Below are positions 1 to 12,730 of a DNA stretch of 64,000 nucleotides, one piece after another. The translations under genes and the position numbers were made by a program. Source of the DNA: a virus (Duplodnaviria; Caudoviricetes); IMG/VR virus record IMGVR_UViG_3300029305_003259, positions 64,432 through 128,431 of that record; one strand, written 5' to 3'. The notes under the pieces were generated by a model. It had not been told where the DNA came from, searched no databases, and was given only the letters and a program-made list of their open reading frames with translations. How positions within the stretch are numbered: position 1 is the stretch's first letter; every line of letters begins with the position of its first letter.

Positions 1-2
1 TC

Positions 3-3000
3 TATTCTACAGATGAATTAGTTGATTTGGCAAAGTCTAAAGGACATGACGGTATGGTAATAAAAAATCTTCGCGATGTCGTTGATGATGGTCGTACCGA
101 TCCTATTCCGTCTACGATAATTGTTACTTTTGATGATAGTCAGATACAATACCTTGAAACAATTGCTAGTTTTGAAAATGGCAACAATAATATTTCCACT
201 CCTCTTGAAGGCGAAGACCTTAAAGGCGAACAACTTGGCATGGATCTCGATGCCGCCGTACAAGATGCTAAAGAGTTAGCTGCGGCTGAAGAAAAGGTTG
301 AGGCCGCAGTAGAGCAAATAAATGATACACTTGATGAACAAATATATAAAAGGAAGCAATTGCTTGAAGCATCGGATACACAAAAATATGTAGACCTTTT
401 GAATGAGCGTAGTAAAAATCTTCCAAAAGATTCTATTGGTTATGGACATAAAGAAAAGATTGAAACCGTAGCTAATAGCAATATGCTAAAAATTTTTAAT
501 TCTTTAAAAAAACAAAATGGTTCTATGAGTTTTATTGGGGATAGCGATGAAACTCGAATTAGGTTATCTTCAATAAAAGAAATGTTGGAACAAATAGGTT
601 ATACTCTTTCTGAACCAGTATTTAATAAAAAGAACGGCTTATTATCTACTCAAATTATACCTATAGATGGCCAAGCCGTAACAGATTTAGAGAAAGCTAA
701 TCAAATTCTAAAAGATATTTTTATAAATAATACTAGAACATTTCAAAGTGCAGATGAACTTACTGCTGAGGCACAAAAGGCAAATGAGCGTGTGATAGCA
801 GAAGAAAAGGCCGAAGCAGCCGTAGAACAAACTAATGATGCTCTTGATGAACAGATTGCTAAAGAATCTGAATTAATTAAACAAAAAGGAACATTAAATT
901 TCTTAGAAAATGAAGCAAAAGAACATTCTAAGATTGCTAGTACCAAGTGGTCTGATGATCAAAAAGAAGCATATGAACAGCTTATAGCTAAGATTCAGGA
1001 ATATAAGAAGTCTAAGAGCAAGTTAACAGATGAAGAGCTAAATAGCATTAGAAAGATCGTAAATGGGTATAAGATTCAGGCGCAAACCATTATTAATGCA
1101 CAGGAATCCGCAGAAAAGCGCTCTAAGGCGTTTGGATTAAAGGAGCTTAATAAGGCTACTGGTAGTAAAAATAATCTCGAAGCATTAGGTAGAGGGTTTG
1201 ATTCTAAGACCGTAAAAGATGGGCTCGAGAGCGTTCGTCATGCATATACGGCTTTGGTTGAAGCTCAACAGAAGTTCAATGATGGTCATGAGCCTACCGA
1301 AGATGAGAGAATTGCGTACCAGCAATTAACAAATGAATATAATCAGGCTGCGAAAGCTCTTGATACTTTATTTAAGGCATCAAAAAAGATGTCTGAGAAT
1401 AGTCGTTGGTCTGTTGATATTGACCAATCAGAATTAGACAATCTTGAGAAGTCAATGCAGAAGGCTATTCAAGCATCCGAAAATGGTAGAGTAAAGTTTG
1501 GACAGTTTAATGCTGAAACTGGACAACTTGAATATTCTGTTCGTAGAGCAAATGGTACTTGGGATCATTTTACTGCTCAGGTCGATCAAGCTGGAATGGC
1601 CGTCGTTGGTCTGAATGGCAAGATTAAGACGACCAATGGAATAATCAGAGAATTTACTGCTGGTGTTGCCACTAAGTTCAAGAATGCTATGCAAGTATTC
1701 TCAGGTTATGACCTATTCTTTGAAGCCGTAGCACAAGTAAAGCAAGGTATTCAGTATGTAAGAGATATTGATACGGCTTTAACGGAACTTAAAAAGGTAA
1801 CTAATGAAACAGATGAAGCATATGCACAATTTTTGCAGACTGCTTCTAAGACGGCTGGAGTCGTTGGTAGTACTGTAAAAGATATTACTACAATGACTGC
1901 CGATTGGGCAAGACTCGGATATTCTATGCAAGAAGCTTCTTCTCTTGCAGAAAGTACCGCTGTCTTATTAAATGTTTCAGAGTTCACTGATGCGACAGAT
2001 GCATCAGAGGCACTAATTAGTACCATCCAGGCATATGGATATGCTGCTGATGAGAGTGGCATTGTTGTCGATACATTAAACGAGGTAGGTAACAATTTTG
2101 CCGTATCGAGCGATGGATTAGCGACAGCATTACAAACATCTGCAAGCGCTCTAATGTCTGCAGGCAACGACCTGAACCAATCAGTCGCACTCGTTGCCGC
2201 AGCTAACAAGGTTCTACAAGACCCATCTCAAGCAGGCGCAGCTCTCCGTACTATTGCTCTACGTATCCGAGGAACTTCACTTAAAGTTCTCGAAGAAATG
2301 GGCGAAGAAACTGACGGCGTAATTGAAAGCGTCAGTAAGCTACAAGAAAAAGTTAAAGCAATCAGTGGAGTAGATATCCTTGATGATACTGGCGCATATC
2401 GTGATACATATGATGTACTTAAAGATTTAGCAGAAGTCTGGGAAGAAATAGGTCAAAAGGATCCTCGTGGACAGGCTGCGCTTCTCGAACTATTAGCCGG
2501 TAAGAACAGATCAAATGCTCTTGCAGCAATTCTAACAAACTTAGATGACTTAGAGGGTGCATATGATGCCGCATTACAGGCAGAAGGTTCTGCACAAAAA
2601 GAGTTAAATACTTATTTGGATTCTATTGAAGGGCGAGTATCAATATTCACAAATTCAGTCCAAACAATGTGGATGAATGCTATGAATACTGAGGCAATAA
2701 AATGGTTTGTAGATAAAGGCACGCAGCTTGTGCAAATATTTGATGCCATTAACCAAAATAATCCTATTGGTATTTTTGGTGGACTAGCTACTGTTGGAGG
2801 ACTTTTATTTGGCGCATGGAAAGGAATACCAGCTCTATGGACTGCCGTTGGAGCAGCATCTAAAGCAAAAATTGCTGGCATAGTTGGCGAAACTGCAGCA
2901 ATTCAAGAATTAAACGTACAACAAGGAATTGCTAATCTAAATGCATCAACCGCAATTACTTCTGACATAAAACAAGCAGCAATGTCTGCTATTTTGACAG

Positions 3001-6000
3001 GGGAAACAGGCAAGGAAACAATTGCAACAAATCTTAATACTAAAGCTGCAATTTTAAATGCTTTAGAGAAAAAAGGAATAGTTGGTGCTGATGCAGAAGC
3101 GATACTTTCTGCTTTTGGGCTATCGGCCGCAAATACTACTCTGACTGGCACGTTTACCATATTAACGGCATCTGTTAAAAAATTATGGGCAGCATTTTTA
3201 GCAAGTCCACTTATGCCCATTGTTGCCGGTCTTGCAGTATTAGGAGCCAGCTTATGGGCAATAGATGCAGCAACCACGTCTTTCAAGGAAGCCAAAGAAC
3301 AATTGGAAGAAACTTCTGAAGAATTAAATAATGTTCAGGAAAACATTAAATCTTTAAATCAAGAACTAGAAACAACAAAGAATCGTATCGATGAATTGTC
3401 TAAAAAAGATGATCTTACTTTCTTGGAAAAGGAAGAGCTCAAAAATCTAAAAACATACAATGCTGAGCTTGACCGTCAAATTGCTCTGGAAGAACAAAGA
3501 AAGAAAATTCTTGAAAGACAACAGATTTCCGATGCTCTTGAAACATTCAAAAAAGATGACTCTTTTAAAAAGATTACTTATTCTGAAACTGATGAAAATG
3601 GCGTTATAACCGGAGTAGTCAATGAGTTGGCCCCAGAAGTAGACCGCAAACTAGAAGACATAAAAGAGGCACAACAAGGTCTAGAAACTGCAAGAGCCGA
3701 ACTTGAGTCTGCAAATGAAAAATATTTATCTAATGATGATAAAGAATCTAAGAAGGCCGTAGAAAAGGCACAAAAGAGCGTTGATGAGTATACGGATATT
3801 ATTAGAGAATCTGAAAATGATATTAATGAAATTTTAGCAGAACGCGCAGAAACGTATGGAAATCTTGAATGGCAATTTGGAGATCCCGATCAATTAACTA
3901 ATGATCAAAAAGAATTAAATGCATTTTTAAAACAAATGTATGATGATTCAGATAGATTTGCTATATCTATGGATAGTACGGGGAAAGCTCTGGAAGCGGC
4001 ATTTTCTCGTGTATCTGGTCAAACTGAATTCAATGATAACTTAAAAGATATTCAAGCAAATGTTGGAATTACAGGCGAGCAACTTCTTGAGATGTGGGAG
4101 AATGCTACCCCTGAAACTGAAGACCCGTATGGTTTACGTGCATTTATTCAGAATCTAATTGACGCTGGAGTTATTGCTGATACTTCTGCTGAATCTATGC
4201 AGAAGGTTGTCGATATGTCCATCATGTTAAGCGATGGAACCAGTGAGATGGAGCGTGCAAACAAGAAACTTGCTCGTTCTCAGAAGAGACTTGAATATTA
4301 TAATCTAGCAAAAAAATTAAATAGTTATACGGATGGAATTGAAGATTTAACCGATGCACAAAAAGATGAGATTTCTCAAATCAGAACCAAAATGAGTGCG
4401 TTGGCCGTAGAGATCGATGCTTATGATATTCTTGGTGCTAAGATTTCCGAAGTCAAACAATCTTTTGAGGAGTTCTCTCAGGCACAAGAGGCCGATACTG
4501 CAAGTGACTTTACCGATGACATTTCAACAATGCTTCAAACAATCGTTGAGGGTTATCAAAGTGCGGAAATGGGCTCTGAAGCATTTAAGTCTGCATTTAC
4601 ATCATTAATTCCAGATAGTGTATATGAAGACATTGATACTCTTCAAGGAAAATATGAAGCTGCTGCAGCATATATTAGAGACACTTTAAGTGATTACTTC
4701 AAGATAGAATATGATGACGATGGCTTAATTAGCAGCATTGAAGTAACCACTAAAAACATTCAGAACTTTATCGAAGATGCCAAGGCCAAGGGCCTAATGA
4801 ATTTCGCCAATGGTGTTTGGCAAGTAAATGAAACCGACTTTGAAACATTTGCTGAGAAGATGGGCATTACTGAGGAAATGCTCGTTGCTCTTGGTGAACA
4901 AATGGATAAAGTTGATGCTGACTGGATAACCGGAGACCTTACCAGCTTCTTTGACTCGTTTGAGATGGGCACTGAAGCAGAAATTTATAAAAATGTTCAG
5001 GCTTTGGCTGCTCTAGATGGTCAACTTATTGATGGCGAAATTACACTTGATGAATATACTGCGGCATACAAAGAATATACGAGTGCAATAGAATCAAATA
5101 CAGATGATGCAATTGCAAATATTCAAAAGTATAATGACGCAACCATAAATGTTGATGATATTACTGCGCAATTAGATGAGGCTCAGAAAAAGTTAAGCGA
5201 ATTAACATCGAATCCAAATGCCGATGAAGCAGAGATACAAATTCAAACAACAGAAGTAGATAATTTAATAACTAAACTAGGCGAGGCAATTCAGGAAAAG
5301 GGTAAACTTACAGCTCCTAGTTTAATTGAAATTCAATTTGCTCAAGATTCGATTGATACACAAATAGCCGGCGTACAGCGGCAACTGATTGATGCGAATA
5401 TTTCCTTCCCGGCAATGATAGACGGAAAATTAAATCTAGAAGAAAATGGCTCAATCATTGAAAAGGATGGTAAATATGTAGTCAATACTGAGCTGGAAGG
5501 TTTGGAAGAATCTGAGCTTGCGTTATTACAAGAATATGCAGATCTTGCGAATACTCAAGGTGTCATTAATGTTTATGTGAAATCTTCCGAAGATACCCAA
5601 AAGAAAGTCGATGATTTAAAGAAAACTGCGGAAGATACTCAAAAAATTCTAGAAAATCTATCCGTTGAAGTTGAAGCTGCTCAAGCAATTTCAACTTTGA
5701 AAGAAATAAAAACATTAGCTGATTCTCTCAAAGATAAAGAAATTAATGTAACAACATATACTGAAACCGTTGATAAAGGTACAAGAAAAGAAACATTTTG
5801 GGAAAAATTATGGCCATTTGCAAAAGGCACTGCTTATTCAGATGGCAACTGGGGAGCTGGAGTAAGTACTAATAAAGCTCTTGTTGGAGAACTAGGCCCA
5901 GAGTTGCGTGTACGTAATGGTAAGTACGAACTTATTGGAGAAAATGGCGCTGAATTTACCGACGTAAGACCTAATGACATAATCTTTAACCATAAGCAAA

Positions 6001-8591
6001 CTGAAGAAATTTTAAAGAATGGCCATATTAGTTCTCGCGGCAAAGCTTATGTTGAAGGTAAAGCATTTGCAGGGACTAGCGGAACTATGTATACTGGCGG
6101 CGCAATTGCATCTCAATTTGGCGGCGAAGTTCCGAATTGGTTCCCTCGTAATAGTACATTACAAAATCTTGGGCATATTGTTGAAGATGCATCTAAGGAT
6201 GCCAAAGATGAATTTGATGAAATTATTGATTGGTTCGAAATCCTAACAGAAGAAATTGAGCATCAAATCTCTGTTATGGAAGCTCAACTTGATAATGCGG
6301 TTGGCGTTCAAGAAAAGTCAGGCATTTATGCAGGTCTTGCAGTCCTTGAAAAGAATAAAATGTCTGCATTTACAAAGGGGATCGACTTATATACTAAAGA
6401 AGCAAATAGATTCTTAAGTCAAATTCCTGATAAGTATAAAGCTATGGCTAAAGATGGTAGCGTTGCGATTACAGAATTTGTTGGAGAAGCTAATGAATCT
6501 ACTGTAGAAGCAATCAACAACTATCGTGAGTATGCAAGCAAAGTAGATGATTTACAACTTCAATTAATAGAGACAGAGACTCGCATTTCTAACCTCAGAG
6601 TAGAAAAGTTGCAAATGATTTCTGAGGAATATGAAAATCAAATTAGTCTTGTAGAACATCTAAATAGCAAAATCCAATCCCAGATTGACTTGCTAGAGGA
6701 ACAAGGTGAACGAGTATCCAAGCATTATTATGAAGCCATGATTAAGAATACTGAGAACCAAATTAATCTTATGAAGGCTCAGAAAAATGCAATGCAGGCG
6801 GAGCTTAATAGTGCTGTATCTAGCGGAGATGTTGAATACGGTTCAACTGATTGGTATGAGATGCAAGGCGCTATTAATGATGTTGAGACTAGTATTCTTG
6901 ATGCAACGGTCAGTATTGAATCTTTCAATAACGCTATTCGTGACCTACACTGGCAAGAATTTGACCGCATTGTTGAAGCCGTATCTAATCTAGCAGATGA
7001 ATCAGCAAACCTTCGTGAACTTCTTGGTGAAGATTCCGACATGGTTGATGAACTTGGCGAGTGGACTGCCGAAGGCGTTACTTCTATCGGTCTATTGGCC
7101 CAAGAGATGGAAAATGCTGAGTATCGTGCAAAACTATATGCCGATGAAATTAAATGGCTAAATGAGAACTGGAAAAAAGAAGGCTATAGTTTAGATGAGT
7201 ACAACGAGAAACTACAAGAATTAAAAGATGGTCAATGGGATTCTATCGAAGCATATGAAGCCGCAAAAGATGCTATTCTTGACCTCAATGAAGTTCGTGT
7301 CGATGCAATCAAGGAAGGTATCCAGAAAGAAATTGATGCCTATGAAGAACTAATTGAAAAGCAAAAAGAATCTTTACAGGCACGCAAAGACGAACATGAT
7401 TGGGCCAATACCATTGAAGAGCATACAGATGAAATAGGTTCTATCCAACGTCGTATCGATGCGCTTAATGGTGACACATCTGCATCCGCTGCAGCACAGC
7501 GCAAACAACTGCAAGAAGAATTAGCTGAAGCAGAAGAAAAACTAAGAGAAACTTACTATGACCATGAAATTGAAACTCAGCAAGAAGCTCTTGATAAAGA
7601 ACTTGAAATGTATCGTGAGAATAAAGAGGATGAGATGGCAACATGGGACGAGTATCTCACTCACGAACAACAAGTGCTTCTCGATAGCTTTAATACTGTT
7701 AAGACAAATACGGAATTAATTCATAGTACAATTCTTGATACTGCTACAAGATATGGTATTGAAATTACAAAGAATATCACCGAGCCTTGGAAGCAAGGTC
7801 AAAATGCCGTAGCGTCTTATAGTACTGATTTTGACAACGCAACGAGTCATTATATCTCTCAACTTGGTCTTGTTAAGCAAAATCTTATTGATTTGCAGAC
7901 TCAGGCAGATGCGACTGCAAAAGCATTAGCTGCTGCACTTAATCAAAAATCAAATTATGTTCCAAGTGCTACGCCTTCTGCGCCAGCTGGGAACAATAAG
8001 CCTTCTAGCAATACTGGAAGTCAACCAGCCAATTCCTCAAAATCAGGAACCGAAAATTACACGGTTAAATCTGGAGATAACCTTTGGAATATTGCTAAAA
8101 AAGAACTGGGAGACGGCACTAGATGGAAAGAAATTTATGATTTGAATAAAGATAAAATTAGTAATCCTAATCTTATTTATAAAGATCAGAAATTAGAAAT
8201 TCCAAAATATGCAAAGGGCACTACAGGTGTTAAGACTGATGAGTTAGCATGGATTGATGAAAACGGGCTAGAAGAAATTGTTATGCATGCTCAGGGTGGT
8301 AAGCTTTCTTATTTAACCAAGGGTAGCGCCGTTATTCCTCATGATATTAGCGAAAATCTAATTGAATTAGGAAAAGTTGATCCGAAGACTTGGATAGATA
8401 AGAATAGGCCCAATACTACTCCTGCCAATATTATTGCCCAAAATAATAATATTGAACTTAGTGTTGGGAAACTAATTCATATTGAACATGCAGATAAGGA
8501 TTCTATCCCAGAGATTCAAGCTGCTGTTCAGAAACAACTGGACTCTTATATGAAAAACTTAAATGCCGGTATAAAGAAATATGCTAGATAA
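3..8591 (+). CDS. Giant tail tape-measure protein (5'-truncated), with ART-PolyVal-like N-terminal segment and C-terminal LysM domain
   Basis: Frame is open from base 3, so the true start is upstream of the window. TP901-type TMP core ([12 protein letters not shown]...[11 protein letters not shown]...LAGKNRSN), long coiled coils, LysM ([15 protein letters not shown]...NPNLIY) at ~8058-8204; lies before Dit/Tal genes. Confidence 0.93.
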   Translation, partial: YSTDELVDLAKSKGHDGMVIKNLRDVVDDGRTDPIPSTIIVTFDDSQIQYLETIASFENGNNNISTPLEGEDLKGEQLGMDLDAAVQDAKELAAAEEKVEAAVEQINDTLDEQIYKRKQLLEASDTQKYVDLLNERSKNLPKDSIGYGHKEKIETVANSNMLKIFNSLKKQNGSMSFIGDSDETRIRLSSIKEMLEQIGYTLSEPVFNKKNGLLSTQIIPIDGQAVTDLEKANQILKDIFINNTRTFQSADELTAEAQKANERVIAEEKAEAAVEQTNDALDEQIAKESELIKQKGTLNFLENEAKEHSKIASTKWSDDQKEAYEQLIAKIQEYKKSKSKLTDEELNSIRKIVNGYKIQAQTIINAQESAEKRSKAFGLKELNKATGSKNNLEALGRGFDSKTVKDGLESVRHAYTALVEAQQKFNDGHEPTEDERIAYQQLTNEYNQAAKALDTLFKASKKMSENSRWSVDIDQSELDNLEKSMQKAIQASENGRVKFGQFNAETGQLEYSVRRANGTWDHFTAQVDQAGMAVVGLNGKIKTTNGIIREFTAGVATKFKNAMQVFSGYDLFFEAVAQVKQGIQYVRDIDTALTELKKVTNETDEAYAQFLQTASKTAGVVGSTVKDITTMTADWARLGYSMQEASSLAESTAVLLNVSEFTDATDASEALISTIQAYGYAADESGIVVDTLNEVGNNFAVSSDGLATALQTSASALMSAGNDLNQSVALVAAANKVLQDPSQAGAALRTIALRIRGTSLKVLEEMGEETDGVIESVSKLQEKVKAISGVDILDDTGAYRDTYDVLKDLAEVWEEIGQKDPRGQAALLELLAGKNRSNALAAILTNLDDLEGAYDAALQAEGSAQKELNTYLDSIEGRVSIFTNSVQTMWMNAMNTEAIKWFVDKGTQLVQIFDAINQNNPIGIFGGLATVGGLLFGAWKGIPALWTAVGAASKAKIAGIVGETAAIQELNVQQGIANLNASTAITSDIKQAAMSAILTGETGKETIATNLNTKAAILNALEKKGIVGADAEAILSAFGLSAANTTLTGTFTILTASVKKLWAAFLASPLMPIVAGLAVLGASLWAIDAATTSFKEAKEQLEETSEELNNVQENIKSLNQELETTKNRIDELSKKDDLTFLEKEELKNLKTYNAELDRQIALEEQRKKILERQQISDALETFKKDDSFKKITYSETDENGVITGVVNELAPEVDRKLEDIKEAQQGLETARAELESANEKYLSNDDKESKKAVEKAQKSVDEYTDIIRESENDINEILAERAETYGNLEWQFGDPDQLTNDQKELNAFLKQMYDDSDRFAISMDSTGKALEAAFSRVSGQTEFNDNLKDIQANVGITGEQLLEMWENATPETEDPYGLRAFIQNLIDAGVIADTSAESMQKVVDMSIMLSDGTSEMERANKKLARSQKRLEYYNLAKKLNSYTDGIEDLTDAQKDEISQIRTKMSALAVEIDAYDILGAKISEVKQSFEEFSQAQEADTASDFTDDISTMLQTIVEGYQSAEMGSEAFKSAFTSLIPDSVYEDIDTLQGKYEAAAAYIRDTLSDYFKIEYDDDGLISSIEVTTKNIQNFIEDAKAKGLMNFANGVWQVNETDFETFAEKMGITEEMLVALGEQMDKVDADWITGDLTSFFDSFEMGTEAEIYKNVQALAALDGQLIDGEITLDEYTAAYKEYTSAIESNTDDAIANIQKYNDATINVDDITAQLDEAQKKLSELTSNPNADEAEIQIQTTEVDNLITKLGEAIQEKGKLTAPSLIEIQFAQDSIDTQIAGVQRQLIDANISFPAMIDGKLNLEENGSIIEKDGKYVVNTELEGLEESELALLQEYADLANTQGVINVYVKSSEDTQKKVDDLKKTAEDTQKILENLSVEVEAAQAISTLKEIKTLADSLKDKEINVTTYTETVDKGTRKETFWEKLWPFAKGTAYSDGNWGAGVSTNKALVGELGPELRVRNGKYELIGENGAEFTDVRPNDIIFNHKQTEEILKNGHISSRGKAYVEGKAFAGTSGTMYTGGAIASQFGGEVPNWFPRNSTLQNLGHIVEDASKDAKDEFDEIIDWFEILTEEIEHQISVMEAQLDNAVGVQEKSGIYAGLAVLEKNKMSAFTKGIDLYTKEANRFLSQIPDKYKAMAKDGSVAITEFVGEANESTVEAINNYREYASKVDDLQLQLIETETRISNLRVEKLQMISEEYENQISLVEHLNSKIQSQIDLLEEQGERVSKHYYEAMIKNTENQINLMKAQKNAMQAELNSAVSSGDVEYGSTDWYEMQGAINDVETSILDATVSIESFNNAIRDLHWQEFDRIVEAVSNLADESANLRELLGEDSDMVDELGEWTAEGVTSIGLLAQEMENAEYRAKLYADEIKWLNENWKKEGYSLDEYNEKLQELKDGQWDSIEAYEAAKDAILDLNEVRVDAIKEGIQKEIDAYEELIEKQKESLQARKDEHDWANTIEEHTDEIGSIQRRIDALNGDTSASAAAQRKQLQEELAEAEEKLRETYYDHEIETQQEALDKELEMYRENKEDEMATWDEYLTHEQQVLLDSFNTVKTNTELIHSTILDTATRYGIEITKNITEPWKQGQNAVASYSTDFDNATSHYISQLGLVKQNLIDLQTQADATAKALAAALNQKSNYVPSATPSAPAGNNKPSSNTGSQPANSSKSGTENYTVKSGDNLWNIAKKELGDGTRWKEIYDLNKDKISNPNLIYKDQKLEIPKYAKGTTGVKTDELAWIDENGLEEIVMHAQGGKLSYLTKGSAVIPHDISENLIELGKVDPKTWIDKNRPNTTPANIIAQNNNIELSVGKLIHIEHADKDSIPEIQAAVQKQLDSYMKNLNAGIKKYAR

Positions 8592-8596
8592 ATTAT

Positions 8597-8623
8597 GGGT
8601 GGGCGTTATCGCCCACCCTTCTT
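8597..8623 (+). terminator. Hairpin after the TMP gene (weak terminator or processing site)
   Basis: GGGTGGGCG-TTAT-CGCCCACCC followed by TTCTT. Confidence 0.5.
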
Positions 8624-8636
8624 ATAAGGAGGTGTA

Positions 8637-10097
8637 TTGATGGCTGTATACCAAAAAAAGTTTATGTTAAATAATCGTAGTAATACCGATTTTGGACTTA
8701 TTGTTTGCGCAATTTCTCCAGATGATGGTGAAACCGATAGTTACTTAACTGTCGAGTCTGTATATACGGAAAGTTTTGACGGAAGCAGAAGACATGATTA
8801 TGGTGCAAAATATACGGAAACAGCAGTTCTATATATTACAATGCTGAAAAATAATTATGCAGATTTTACTAAAAAAGAATTAAGAGAAACTTTAGACTGG
8901 TTAACCGGATTGCGCAAAGTATCATGGTTAGATTTGTATAATGATGATAGTGGCGAAATATCATTTTCATTTCTTGGCCGTGTAACCGATGTTAAGTTGC
9001 AAAAATTAGATGCCAGAGTAGTGGGACTGAATGTTGAATTTACATCTGTTAGTCCATGGGCATATTCAGGTATTAATCACAATGAAATGTCATTGGACGG
9101 GAATGCCACAAGATACTCAATTTGCAATGGTTCGGATGAAATAGGTGTTTATGTATATCCAAATGTTACTTTCATTAATAAAATTGCAAATGGAACTTTA
9201 AAAATTATGAATTATACAACTGGAGAAGAGACTATTCTTCGTAATTTGGGAATGAATGAAGTTGTTAAGTTAGACAGTAATAAGACAATTTATTCAGATA
9301 AGCCAATGAAAATTTTTGGCGATGACTTTAATTTTAATTGGTTAAGATTCGCACAGGGATATAATCATATAGAGATTACCGGTATAGGACATCTTACTAT
9401 TGAACACAGAGATATTATGAAGGTTGCGGATGCATTTGATGATAACTGGGATATGAATACAAATCCTGCGGCAATGAATTTATTATTGCGTACTAAGGTA
9501 GATCTGCCAGCATCAAATTGGACTTATGTTAATACCGCACCTGGCGTTATTACTACGTATTCTCAGCCAGTAAATTATTTGAATGTTACAAGCAATTCTA
9601 TGATTAATCTTCAGGCAAATGAACAACAAACACTGGACTTACAGGCTTCCGATATAGAAATCCAAATAGTGAATGACAATGGTGATGTTACCGCTTTTGC
9701 ATATGGCGGAGCACCAGTAATAGACTATGTCTTTCAGGCCACTATAGAAGAGACAAATGTAGATATATCTCATCGTTATGATATCGTTCATTTATATGCT
9801 AACGGATGGACTGGTCAGGGGAGCGTATATACGCAACCAGTTTATATTAAAGATATGACTAAGAATTCCATCATTGATTTAGATTTGTCCGATGTACAAA
9901 TTGCAAAACTTGAAGGTTCAGAAACAACTTTATTAGTAACTAATGATAATGGTACTGCCATTGCTTATGCTTTAGGATTTAAACCCGATGAAGATTATCA
10001 TGTCAATGTCATTATTACAGAAACAACAGACGATGTAGCTTTGGCTAGAGCCGCATTGGACGATGGACTAATTTATGCTGAACCATTACCATTTTAA
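8637..10097 (+). CDS. Distal tail protein (Dit) with a C-terminal extension of two repeats
   Basis: Directly after TMP; Dit-like N-terminus (FTSVSPWAYS...NFNWLRFAQGYNHIEITG); repeated W...Y(S/T)QPV...NS(M/I)I(N/D)L unit. Confidence 0.8.
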   Translation: MMAVYQKKFMLNNRSNTDFGLIVCAISPDDGETDSYLTVESVYTESFDGSRRHDYGAKYTETAVLYITMLKNNYADFTKKELRETLDWLTGLRKVSWLDLYNDDSGEISFSFLGRVTDVKLQKLDARVVGLNVEFTSVSPWAYSGINHNEMSLDGNATRYSICNGSDEIGVYVYPNVTFINKIANGTLKIMNYTTGEETILRNLGMNEVVKLDSNKTIYSDKPMKIFGDDFNFNWLRFAQGYNHIEITGIGHLTIEHRDIMKVADAFDDNWDMNTNPAAMNLLLRTKVDLPASNWTYVNTAPGVITTYSQPVNYLNVTSNSMINLQANEQQTLDLQASDIEIQIVNDNGDVTAFAYGGAPVIDYVFQATIEETNVDISHRYDIVHLYANGWTGQGSVYTQPVYIKDMTKNSIIDLDLSDVQIAKLEGSETTLLVTNDNGTAIAYALGFKPDEDYHVNVIITETTDDVALARAALDDGLIYAEPLPF

Positions 10098-10111
10098 AGT
10101 AGTTAGGAGGT

Positions 10112-12718
10112 GTGTTTCATTTGAGACTGCCAAAAAATTTATTATCAGATACATATAGGCCACCAGCTGTTTATTTATGCCAAACAAATAAGGATCGTAT
10201 AGGCGAACTGATAGTCAATGATTTTAACGGCACATTCAAGTGGAACGCCTATAGCGATATTTCTTTCAGTATTGATAGAGAATATTGCGATATCACACAG
10301 GGAAATGTAACTGTTAATCCATATTATGACTTAGTAGAGGCTTTAAGGCTTGTTGAAGTTGAAGGATTTGGATTTTTCCAATTACAAGATCCTGATATTG
10401 AAAGCGATGGTATTAAAGAAATTAAAAACATTAATGCCAATTCACTTGAATATGATTTATCAAATCGTTATCTTGAAAATTTTATTATAAACAAGGGCAT
10501 TGCAGGTAGTATTGATGGCGTTCAATTGTATAAACAAAGCGACGCATCTCATTCATTGTTGCATCTTATAATAGCGGAAAAGTGTCCTGACTGGAAAATT
10601 GGACATGTTGATGCTACATTAGCTATGCAAAGACGTTCTTTTGAAATTGATAGGGAATCCGTATATGACTTTTTAATGAATGAAATGGCGCCTACATTCA
10701 AATGTGTTGTCATTTTTGATACATTTAATAATACGATTAATATCTATGATGAAGAGAGCGCTGGAGATGATACTGACGTTCTTGTTACATTCGAGAATCT
10801 TGCCAATGAAATCAATGTAAAATATTCTGCCGATGATATTAAAACCGTACTTACAGTCTCTGGTGCTGAAGATCTGAGCATCAGAGAAGTAAATTATGGA
10901 TTGCCGTATATTACCGACTTATCTTATTACCATACAGTAGAGTGGATGGGCGAACATTTATATAATGCATACAGTGATTATCTGCAGGTTTTAGCAAGCA
11001 ACCAGCAATTATATCTTAATGCCGCAGCAGAAGTACGTAGATTAAATGATATTCTTACCGATTTACGAAATCGTGTAGGAGAAAATATTAATGCACTTAA
11101 ACTAAATCATTTTTCTCAATTCCTCGTATATTATTATAGGGATAACAAAATAGATGCTGAGAAAATGGAAACATTGGATTCAGATTTTGCATATTTAGAT
11201 GATGCAGATTGGTTATCATTTAAGATGACATTATCTGACCCTGATGCTACCGACAATGATAAAGAAAATGCAATCATGGATATATTGGCAATTATATGGG
11301 AAGATTATGGTTTAAATAATTTAAAAATTTATGAATCTTCTTATAAGGAAGTTCAGACAGCTCAAACCAGTAATGGAATGTCGGACCCTGCTAATGACAC
11401 ATATTATCAGTATCATGCTAATTTTATGATGCTTGATTCGTGTCAAAAAGCAATTTCTGTCAGAGAGGCTTCTATTAATGTTGCGCAATCACAACTCGAT
11501 GCAGTAAATAAAGAGATTGATAAAATAACTGAAAAGGTAGCAATGAAAAATAACTTTGCACAAGAAGATATTATTCGACTTGCTCCTTTTTTGCGTGAAG
11601 ATGAATATAATGATGATAATTTCGTAGTGACCGATATTGATACGGACAAAGAAATACAAGAAATTCAGGCCGAGTTATTGAAAGCAGGTTCTGTTGAATT
11701 ACACAAATTGAGTCAACCGAAATTGTCATTCTCTACATCTATTGCTAATATCTTTGCATTGGACGAATTTGCAAATATCATTCATCAATTCCAATTAGGC
11801 AACTTAATTAAAGTTGAGTTAAGACCTGATTATATTAAAAAGTCACGTCTTATGGAAGTACAGATCAATTTCCACGATCTTAGTGATTTCGGAGTAACAT
11901 TTGGAGACTTATTATCTGTGAGAGATGAATCAGATATTCATGCTGATTTATTAGCGAATGCTATTAGTGCAGGTAAGAGCGTTGCACGTAATTCTTCTAA
12001 TTGGCAAAAGGGCTCGGCTACTGCTAGTTCTATACAGGACGCTATTAACCAGGGATTGCTTGATGCGGCCACTGAGATTAAAGCTATGGATGGGACTCAA
12101 TCTGTAAGCATGGACAAATATGGAATACATTTAAAGAAAATAGAAGATGGAGTTGTGAGTCCAGAACAAGGTTGGATTGTTTCAAATAAATTCTTATATA
12201 CCAACGATAACTGGAAAACAACCAAGGCCGTATTCGGTAAATATACTCATAATGGCGAAGAAAAATGGGGAGTGATTTCCGAGGCACTTATCGGTGGTTA
12301 CGTACAAGGTACAGAAATCGAAGGTGGCAGTCTCAAAATCGGAGACCGTGGAGATGGGACTTATGCATTAGTAGTAAACTCCGATGGTACTGTCCAAATT
12401 AATGCTTGGGGCGGAGAATTAGCTGATACTATTACAAGCATTGAGTCAACTGCATATGATGCAATTGTAAGCACTTCTACTACACCTATTTTCAATGAAA
12501 GTGTACAATCTACTGTATTAACATGTACTGTATATCAAAATAATAATGAAGTTTCTCCAGACGGAGCCACGTATAGTTGGATTAGAACATCGACCGATCC
12601 TACTGGAGATGCTGCATGGAATGCGGTGCATGCAAATTTAACAACAAATACTTTAACCATCACAGGGGATGATATTGAGCATAGTGCCCAATTCTCCTGT
12701 AATGTAAATATTCCTTAA
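10112..12718 (+). CDS. Tail-associated baseplate hub / Tal-like protein
   Basis: Synteny after Dit; prophage-tail-like N-terminus, coiled coil, GWIVSNKFLYTNDNWKTTKAVFG segment. Confidence 0.78.
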   Translation: MFHLRLPKNLLSDTYRPPAVYLCQTNKDRIGELIVNDFNGTFKWNAYSDISFSIDREYCDITQGNVTVNPYYDLVEALRLVEVEGFGFFQLQDPDIESDGIKEIKNINANSLEYDLSNRYLENFIINKGIAGSIDGVQLYKQSDASHSLLHLIIAEKCPDWKIGHVDATLAMQRRSFEIDRESVYDFLMNEMAPTFKCVVIFDTFNNTINIYDEESAGDDTDVLVTFENLANEINVKYSADDIKTVLTVSGAEDLSIREVNYGLPYITDLSYYHTVEWMGEHLYNAYSDYLQVLASNQQLYLNAAAEVRRLNDILTDLRNRVGENINALKLNHFSQFLVYYYRDNKIDAEKMETLDSDFAYLDDADWLSFKMTLSDPDATDNDKENAIMDILAIIWEDYGLNNLKIYESSYKEVQTAQTSNGMSDPANDTYYQYHANFMMLDSCQKAISVREASINVAQSQLDAVNKEIDKITEKVAMKNNFAQEDIIRLAPFLREDEYNDDNFVVTDIDTDKEIQEIQAELLKAGSVELHKLSQPKLSFSTSIANIFALDEFANIIHQFQLGNLIKVELRPDYIKKSRLMEVQINFHDLSDFGVTFGDLLSVRDESDIHADLLANAISAGKSVARNSSNWQKGSATASSIQDAINQGLLDAATEIKAMDGTQSVSMDKYGIHLKKIEDGVVSPEQGWIVSNKFLYTNDNWKTTKAVFGKYTHNGEEKWGVISEALIGGYVQGTEIEGGSLKIGDRGDGTYALVVNSDGTVQINAWGGELADTITSIESTAYDAIVSTSTTPIFNESVQSTVLTCTVYQNNNEVSPDGATYSWIRTSTDPTGDAAWNAVHANLTTNTLTITGDDIEHSAQFSCNVNIP

Positions 12719-12730
12719 GGAGGTGGCAGA

